Shown piece by piece: positions 56,331-64,000 of a stretch of DNA of 64,000 nt; the stretch's first letter is position 1, and every line of letters starts with the position of its first letter. The stretch is from the NCBI GenBank assembly GCA_963765895.1, contig CAVXZB010000084.1, forward strand, positions 64,001 to 128,000, read 5' to 3'. The DNA is from an uncultured Nitrososphaeraceae archaeon. GTDB taxonomy: Archaea; Thermoproteota; Nitrososphaeria; Nitrososphaerales; Nitrososphaeraceae. The notes under the pieces were generated by a model, which made no database searches, was not told the DNA's origin, and saw only the letters and a list, made by a program, of their open reading frames with translations. The translations under genes were made by a program, and so were the position numbers.

Positions 56331-56729
56331 ATGTCCTATACACAAAATAAGACAATAGCTCGAAGGTTAGTTGAAGATATATTTAATTCGAAGAAAACAG
56401 AGTTGTCAGAGAATTATGTTACTCCTGATATAATTTACCATGGAGTGGCAGAAGAGGTCAAAGGCCTGGAGGAATTCAAACGTTGGGTGACCGAAGACCT
56501 TAACGCATTTCCAGATATGAAGATCACCATATTAGATGATTTCGGAGAACAAAATAAGATCGCCATGAGGTGGAGCTTAAAAGCTACGCATGAAAAAGAT
56601 TTTGCTGACTTTCCTGCCACTCATAAGAAGTTTGAAGCTCAAGGGATCGATATTTTCCATTTTGAGGGAGACAAAATCAAGGAAGCATGGACTACAGCTG
56701 ACTTGTCTGACTTGGCCCAAAAATCATAG
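56331..56729 (+). CDS. SnoaL-like ester cyclase family protein, paralog of 13315-13746
   Basis: NKTIARRLVE...AFPDMKITI...THEKDFADFPATHKKF...FEGDKIKEAW. Confidence 0.9.
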   Translation: MSYTQNKTIARRLVEDIFNSKKTELSENYVTPDIIYHGVAEEVKGLEEFKRWVTEDLNAFPDMKITILDDFGEQNKIAMRWSLKATHEKDFADFPATHKKFEAQGIDIFHFEGDKIKEAWTTADLSDLAQKS

Positions 56730-57201
56730 AATTAAAAGATAGTTTTCTGTTTGTATTGGGATTGTCATTTTAGAATCAACCCATACAATGTCGGTATACA
56801 TCTGCTAGGGCTATTTTTACTCATCGCAAAAATAATTCCATCTACCCAGGAAGAACTGACCCTATTTATTTGGAGTAATAGTCATAATTCTCGACCTTAT
56901 TTTTATAAAACATATAGTTTATTGAACCCGCTAAATTGTTGGATATTATTAGACAGGTAGGAAAACTAGATCGTGTAGTCTGTGATTTTTAAAGACGAGC
57001 GCTATTGTTTTATGTATAGCAACTTAATTATTCTCCATAGTATGAAAGAGTTGGAAATCACGGTCCACCGAGTCCATTTGAGGGATATTCAAATAGATTC
57101 CAAAAAAAATTTTAGGTAAATGATTTTATAGCATAGACATATGCACGTTAAAAAATCATACGGTATAGATTATAACCGTCCGTCTAATCGTGGCTTGAAT
57201 G

Positions 57202-57515
57202 TTACATCTTGGATATTAAATCCGCCTTGAGTTTCTGAAACTCCTCATCAGATAGTATCCCTTTTTGATGGAGATCAGCATATTTTTGCAACTTTTGTGT
57301 GATATCTTCCTGCTGTGACTGGGGCTGGGATTGGGATTGTGGTTGTAGTTTTTGTTGTTGTAGTGCTTCTATCTGTCTTTGCTGCGCTTCTATTTGTCGT
57401 TGTGCTTGTTGTTGTTGTGCATCATTTGCTTGGGCCTGTTGGTCCATCGCGAGCTCCAGAGCGCCTCCTAGCTACTCCCGCGCCTATAGCTCGCTGAAGC
57501 CCATCTTCCTCTCAT
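57202..57515 (-). CDS. Q-rich SHOCT-domain protein, two apparent frameshifts in the 5' part
   Basis: DITQKLQKYADLHQKGILSDEEFQKLKADL (SHOCT); the repaired start reads MRGRWASAAIGAGVARRRSGAAMDQQ. Confidence 0.8.
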
Positions 57516-57919
57516 GATTTTGAATCGTAAATGTTGTTAATAAAGTTTATTAAACGTAGTTAGGCCAAATTTATGGCCATCCTGGATTTTTAATCCACCT
57601 TATTTGAGTGTAATTCTTATCAGATAATAATGAATTGTTACCAGAATCCAGTAATCTTATGTCAGAAAAAAGCTCATGTCAGATATAAAATATGTCAAAT
57701 CTAAGAAGATTATTGGAAGTTGCCAACAGTAAAGATCATATGATATGAAATACGATGATGTTGGGTATCGAGATCCATGCCAAAGTCTATTTGTGTCAAG
57801 ATAATATTTAACAACCGCCGTGGGCATCCACTAGAACATGTTTTAGGCGTTTCATCTAATCAGCTCGCGGTAGTAGGCAGGTATTAATGATCTGAACCTG
57901 CTATAACTTGCTATCGAGA

Positions 57920-58261
57920 TCACTTGACAGGGACAAGATTCTTGGATCTCCGGTCATATATGACTAGAATAATCCCTGCCACAAAGGCAATTACACTATT
58001 GACTAGAAGTATTATGCTCACCAGAATTCCGAAAGAATCGAGAGCTATCTCGTATCCAATTTTTTCCAAATTTACTCTAATACTGGTCTGGTTACCCTTC
58101 GCGAAATTACCCAAACTTGATTTGATTAAGTCCTTTGCGGAGATTTGGGGTATCGAATCAGCCAGATTAACAAGTGAAGTGATTGAACTGAATATTATCA
58201 CTAAACCTATAACCAAAAGGATTCCACCTCCTATTAGAAGTGCTACACCCCGCTTCATCAA
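57920..58261 (-). CDS. Two-TM membrane protein
   Basis: Two long hydrophobic segments. Confidence 0.7.
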   Translation of the reverse strand: MMKRGVALLIGGGILLVIGLVIIFSSITSLVNLADSIPQISAKDLIKSSLGNFAKGNQTSIRVNLEKIGYEIALDSFGILVSIILLVNSVIAFVAGIILVIYDRRSKNLVPVK

Positions 58262-58438
58262 GAATTGCCTCTAAACAACTCGATGATATCTGTCTAGCTA
58301 TAATAATAAACTTTCGGGGGAAGAATACAAGCAGCATAATCTGAAATAACTAATTTCCTAACATTCTTAATTAGAAGATCTGTTCATTCTGGACAGTCGA
58401 CAATATGCATATATACTTACTTACACGTATACTCGACT

Positions 58439-59242
58439 ATGATTAGCTCTAAACTGATAGTATTGTTTAGTCTATTATCGCTAGCATTGATAACTGGAAC
58501 GGCTGTTACTATGATGCCTCCAGCTTTATACGCCCAGTCAAACAACGCAACTAATGCAAACGCAACTAATGCAAACGCAACTAATGCAAACGCAACTAAT
58601 GCAAACGCAACTAATGCAAACGCAACTAATGCAAACGCAACTAATGCAAACGCAACTAATGCAAACGCAACTAATGCAAACGCAACTAATGCAAACGCAA
58701 CTAATGCAAACGCAACTAATGCAAACGCAACTAATGCAAACGCAACTAATGCAAACGCAACTAATGCAAACGCAACTAATGCAAACGCAACTAATGCAAA
58801 CGCAACTAATGCAAACGCAACTAATGCAAACAGAGCCCATTTCAGTGCAGTGCTGAAAGGTGAAAACGTTTTCCCACCAGTAAACACTAATGCTACTGGA
58901 AAAGCTGAACTTACTTTATTAGGTGACCGAAAAACGATGTCATATAAAGTCACAGGTGGACCTGTGGATGCGGTCAAAGATGTGACACTATCTCATACAA
59001 CAGGGGGTAGAGCTGATGATATAGTCGTCTTAAGAAGTGCCACACAGAAGGGATTGAGTGGCCAGGCGACGACGGCAACTCTGGCAGGAAATTTCACCTC
59101 TGCTGATTTCATACGCGCACCGAAGGACATGGCAACACTCGTAAAAGACATCCTCTCTGGAAATGTGATTCTAAGAGTGGACACAATTAAGTATCCTCTG
59201 GGTGTTGTAGCAGGAAAGCTTAAACCGAACTTGCAATCCTGA
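58439..59242 (+). CDS. Secreted CHRD-domain protein with an N-terminal (NATNA)19 tract
   Basis: Signal peptide; HFSAVLKGENVFPPVNTNATGKAELTL ... GNV.LRVDT..YP.G.V.GKL is CHRD-like. Confidence 0.85.
   Translation: MISSKLIVLFSLLSLALITGTAVTMMPPALYAQSNNATNANATNANATNANATNANATNANATNANATNANATNANATNANATNANATNANATNANATNANATNANATNANATNANATNANATNANATNANRAHFSAVLKGENVFPPVNTNATGKAELTLLGDRKTMSYKVTGGPVDAVKDVTLSHTTGGRADDIVVLRSATQKGLSGQATTATLAGNFTSADFIRAPKDMATLVKDILSGNVILRVDTIKYPLGVVAGKLKPNLQS
58544..58828. repeat. 19 perfect copies of the 15-bp unit AACGCAACTAATGCA
   Basis: 285 bp, no substitutions seen. Confidence 0.97.
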
Positions 59243-59760
59243 AGCAACTGATGCTCCGGGTCCTCATTTATTTTTCGGTGTTAAAAATGATGGCTTTAGT
59301 TTGTTGATTTCTGATCAGATTTTCACATAGGGTTGTTTTGTGAGGATCAGCAACTAAAATAAGACATATAGCGACAATCTAATGATTGTGGAATCATATC
59401 ATGGAATTGTATCTTACGTGCGTCCGGTATTTACTGTTTTAGACTCACTTCTCGATTCCTTATCTTTTAATTCTAATGATGGTTTTTAACCTCAGACAGT
59501 GTGTAGCTCAAACTTTGGATTATGGATAAGGGTAGATAGATTATCCTAGCCGCCCCTATTTATTTAGTGAAGTTGTATAAAGACTCAGGAATCGTTAGTC
59601 TAAAACTTATCCTATTATTACTTCGAAATCTTCTTAGTCTCATCAAGTATCTTGTAGTTTTCGATAGGATCCTTTTATCCATGTGGTTGTGAGGACAGAC
59701 CATAGCAAGTTTCGATATTCAAGTTATGGACAGCTTAACGTAATATTGAACAGCAATATA

Positions 59761-60697
59761 TCATGAATTTTCTAAAGACAGGTTTCTTCTCAGTGTATTG
59801 AAATAACGATCTGATAGGGTTTTTAGGAAGACAAAGCTTTCAGGAACAGAAACGCTCTTGCTGGAGGCGTGAAGATAATTTACTAGCCTATTAACAGATC
59901 CTCCAGATATGTTGGTCCCATTCATTGCAATTTTCCTAATTAATTCATGTCTACATACTTTTATTTCATAGTACGGAATTTTCTCAACGGCGGCCATAAC
60001 GAAGATATTTGGCATATCTTCGCAAACATCGTCCTCTATATCCTCCCAGTCATCTAGTATATCAAGCAAGGCCTGATTATAATGAAGAACTAAACCGACA
60101 TTTTCATTAAAGCTAGGCGAGCTTCGCATCCAATACCTTTGCGTAAACTAATGAGGCATCTGAAGATTTAGATAGAATAAAATGTTTTAGTTCTGTATAG
60201 GAGAACCTATGATTTCCAAGTATACGGCGCTTTATTATCTGCTCAAACTTCCAAAACGCTGAAAACTGCTCTAATAAATAATCTATAGAATAAATCAGAT
60301 GTTGTGCATCGGACTCTTGTAGAAATTCATTTACTAATTCATGTGCCTGTTTTGAGAGCAAGGCATATCTCTCATTTCCAGTCTCATAGAATCTATCTGA
60401 AAGAAGGATGTATCTAGTTAGTGACCTTATTATCCTATACACCCATAATGCCTCAGCTAAATTTTTGGTATCGAAGTAGGCAGCAATAAAATAGCTAGGA
60501 TCCTGCGCCTTTTCATCAATGTCTGGAAAAGAATTATTTAAATTCTGGTCAAAATTGCTTAATAATGAACTTAGAGATACCATTTGCTGTACGAAGAGTA
60601 AAGTATCTGTGGTAGAATCTAGATCTTTTATTGCGACAAAAATTTTATCTAAGTAGAACTTGTTTTCAAAATCGCTAGGCTTAGATGTGATTTTCAT
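59761..60697 (-). CDS. Hypothetical protein with a class I isoprenoid/terpenoid-synthase-like DDxxD motif, frameshift at ~60119
   Basis: ORFs 60113-60697 and 59761-60129 join (DAKLPSFNENV); LLDILDDWEDIEDD...PN. Confidence 0.6.
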
Positions 60698-61456
60698 TAT
60701 TCGATGATATGATTTCTACGTTCATCTCAAAATTATAAATATTACTGAAATGTGGCAACCATATTAAATCTGGACTTTACAAGGGTATGGACACCAAACC
60801 TGATCTAGCGTTCCACGAGCATAATTGAATTGAGAGAATATCTGCAGAGCTAAAGCTATTGGTGCATTACTTATTTTCCAACATTTAATCTCAGAAATAT
60901 ATCTAGAGCAAATTCAATAATTTTGAGATAAAGAAGATGATCAGATTATTGACAAAGATAGGTACAGAGTCCTCTTCAGACGTATTTACAGTTATAAAAT
61001 TATTGCATTTAGTGATGCTTGAACTTCCAAAAGCGATTGATTAGTACTGCGTAATATTTCTAAATGATAGAACGGAGGAATTTAGGATTGGGGTTATAGG
61101 TGTATGAAAGTAAACCAGGTAATTTGGATATTTTTGCAATGAGTAATTCCATATTTCTTTATGTACAAATAATTATCGGATCCGACATAACCTAATAGAG
61201 GAAGCAAGCGGGAAATATGAAATCACCGGCCTATTATCACTAATAGTCATCCTCAATATTTGTAGACTGTATCAAGATATCTGCTCATAAGTCTATCTGT
61301 CTCCTGCCTCAATTTACTAATTGCTGGAAATGACTGTGTGAAATCGAATATGGCTTTCGGATATAAGCTATTCTGGGAAGTCGAACTTGAACAATATGAT
61401 AGATACCCTTAATGTTTTCTTATCAAAATTGCAAATAGCCTCGTATCGATGGTAAT

Positions 61457-61500
61457 ATAATAATGATAATAATGATAATAATAATGATAATAATGATAAA
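61457..61500. repeat. (ATAATAATG)n low-complexity repeat
   Basis: ataataatgataataatgataataataatgataataatgataa. Confidence 0.8.
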
Positions 61501-61741
61501 ATAGAAATAATGTGAAATTGGCAATGCGCCTCACCTTCAGCTAAAGCGAGCATTTATTCGGACTACAGAAATTTGTTCGTCGTATAATGAAATATATCTC
61601 ATAGAATTGAAGTATTCATAAATGACCTATTTTGAAATGCCTTACCCGATCAATAGTCACCACGTTGGATAATGTTTACTCAATCAACAAATCATATAAT
61701 TGAGTACATACATACCATAACAAAGATACCCTTAGATCTTC

Positions 61742-62344
61742 TTGAAAGGATTTATATCTAGCCTGTATACGACAGAGTGTATGAGTGAAAGTAGATCCCC
61801 TGGTTGGGTACGTGCTGCCCAGATAGGGCTGGGAGTCTTGGCAGTAATATTATCGATTACGCTATTGGTTTATCCTGCACGCGGCGCAGTAGCGGGAGTA
61901 TATCTTGCCGCTGTTGTATTATTGATAGTCGGTATTGAGAAGGTGATTACAGGTCTTTTTGTTAGCAGCAAATCTCGCATGGCCAGCGTAGGCTTAGGGA
62001 TCCTAGTAATCATATTATCGCTGATAGTTATGGCATTTCCGTTGTCAACCAGTGTATTTCTGATATACCTCCTAGGAGTGGCACTATTGATATATGGAAT
62101 ATCTAGATTAGTTCATGGTATAGGGGATAAAGAAAGAAGCGGATGGTCTAGATGGTCATCTCTAGGTATTGGCGTCCTAATGATCATTATCTCAATAATC
62201 ATAATGGCAGCACCACGCGCTGGGCTAGCCTTCGTAGGACTTTTGATTGGAATAGCACTCTTAATCGCAGGAATAGAAATAATCGCAGCTGGGATATCTG
62301 GAAGGAAGATGCGACTTCTTCCGTCTCGAGATAGGGGCATTTAG
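61742..62344 (+). CDS. HdeD/DUF308-family membrane protein (start probably ATG 61781)
   Basis: Three helical-hairpin repeats of the type G.L.IILS.....P......L.G..LLI.GI. Confidence 0.82.
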   Translation: MKGFISSLYTTECMSESRSPGWVRAAQIGLGVLAVILSITLLVYPARGAVAGVYLAAVVLLIVGIEKVITGLFVSSKSRMASVGLGILVIILSLIVMAFPLSTSVFLIYLLGVALLIYGISRLVHGIGDKERSGWSRWSSLGIGVLMIIISIIIMAAPRAGLAFVGLLIGIALLIAGIEIIAAGISGRKMRLLPSRDRGI

Positions 62345-64000
62345 AAGAAAACTCGGGAATAATAACACCCCGAAGTCTTGAAGGAAATTGGCGTGGTTAA
62401 GTCCACGATTTTTAACCAGCACAATTTTTAGTCATAACGTAACTTATTACGTGGTGAGTTCTGGACATAAATCTCAGCATAAAAATAGAACCATCTTAGA
62501 GTCAATTCTACCTCAAATTTAAATAGGGTGGAAGCACTTCAAATATTCCTTGAGATCGGCGCATTATTATTTTTCAGAGGTATATAAAAGATGGGACGTA
62601 TTTTTGGTTGGGACTCTGATGAGCGGCGGTTTCCTAGTTATCATTCTAAAGTTACTTGGATTCTTTAGTAAAGAGAGGCACCTATTCTAGTCTTAGGAAG
62701 ACTTTTAAGATTGTTTCTTCCAATATAGAGACCTTTATTATTCACAATCTTTTAGCAGAGTAAGGATAAGATCCAATAATGATAAATCTAGCCCTTTAAA
62801 TTTCTTTGCGGACTGCTTTTGACGATGATTATTAATAGGAACGCTCGAAGAGAAGACTAAACGAGGTTATCATCTAAAAATCCCAGAATATGCCAAGGAA
62901 TGGAATAACATGAATAAATAGTTTGACCAAGTTTGAACTCTGTAATACTAGGTGTTTTAAAATCCAATATACTGTACATTTTGCCCTTTTTTAAAGGGGT
63001 TAATAGGTTTAACTCATTGGCTATCTATGATATGATTACTCATGCCTCATAAGAGTAGATCAACATTGCTTCAAACTTGTAGAATCAAGTTTTATAGACT
63101 AAAATCACAGAAATATTCCTAATAATCTGTTCATATTCACATATCTCGTTTACATGAACAACCTCTCAATTCAAACTCTAAGAATTCTAAATATGATGAT
63201 GTAGGACGACTTCTCAAGAATTCTTTGAATATACATACGGTTAAGCTATTTGAATTCCATGCCAAAATCTTATCTCAGATTGGGGAATAGATCCTCTAAT
63301 TCTTATCGTTCCTTCACATTTTCATTTGGTAAAGGTCATTAATTTAATTCCATTTTTCCGACTCTACCTATTTTAGATAATCCATATCCAATATTTACGG
63401 GATAATAATTTTCCCAACAACGTAATATATAAATTCCACAACCGTTCCTTTTCTCATATTAGGTAAACCCTTTTTTGCGGATTTCCCACTAAGGATACAC
63501 TATCAATTAGAATCCTCTGGGTCCAGATTGATTATCAGTCAGATTAAGGCATTAAAATATGACAAAAAATAGGCGAGTTGATCCTCTATAAGAATCTGTC
63601 AATAAATTCTAGACCAAAGTATCATATAACGTACCGATGCGCTTTAAGTGGTTCTCGACATGGGACAATGACTACTTTAGCCTATCCTATAAAAGGTAAA
63701 AGAAATCTAATAATCACTAATGGGGTGATATTTCGGCATGTTAGTCAGCTAAAGTGAAATGCAACGCAATATTGATTAGATATATTATAAGTTCTATATA
63801 GAACACTCATATTATTTGGGATTATTTGAATATATGAGAACAATTCGAATTATTGTTACTGTATATTTTGTCGTCTACGTTCCTAAACAAAAGTAACGGT
63901 TAAATAACTTGTTAGCGTATAGCACCTCATGAAAGAGACACAGTTGCTACGGATATTAATAAAGGAACGCGCGATAGTAAGACTTCTGAAGACAATTGGC

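Noticed and set aside
58544-58828. CRISPR array
   Set aside because: Head-to-tail 15-bp units without spacers, in frame inside a CDS; no cas genes in the window
58417-58977. Alternative-frame repeat ORFs (ALVAF)n, (CISCV)n, (MQTQL)n
   Set aside because: Shadows of the stop-free 15-bp repeat; only the NATNA frame has a signal peptide and a CHRD domain
62345-64000. 1.6-kb ORF-free AT-rich stretch as replication origin or RNA gene
   Set aside because: No ORB-like repeats, no adjacent cdc6 and no structure seen; long intergenic tracts are common in this window

Overview
AT-rich archaeal DNA whose gene set (PolB1, CdvC/CdvB, class V FBP aldolase/phosphatase, EF-1alpha-uS10, Nob1, F420 enzymes, Nitrososphaera-type tyrosine integrase) points to a soil ammonia-oxidising archaeon of the Nitrososphaerales. 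The window has three zones. (1) About 1-25.3 kb is a decayed accessory island abutting the 3' end of tRNA-Ile(GAU). It holds a chimeric, broken integrase, an IS6 relic, a 170-bp direct repeat, two copies of a plasmid/virus-like module, two TIP2-like aquaporins, F420 oxidoreductases and many gene fragments. (2) About 25.4-49.1 kb is core housekeeping, interrupted by a complete but inactivated IS5-family element with an 8-bp target duplication. (3) About 49.4-64 kb holds envelope and accessory genes (deacetylase-like, PQQ dehydrogenase, LpxD-like, MscL, a CHRD protein with 19 perfect NATNA repeats, a terpenoid-synthase-like protein). Many essential genes carry single-base frameshifts, so the assembly has indel errors. 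Seven of these sit on GCGAGC/GCTCGC, which reverts to GCWGC, a possible footprint of DNA methylation. No CRISPR array or rRNA was seen. I found no complete novel multi-gene system; the best leads are listed as findings. Family assignments come from motif recognition, not database searches.
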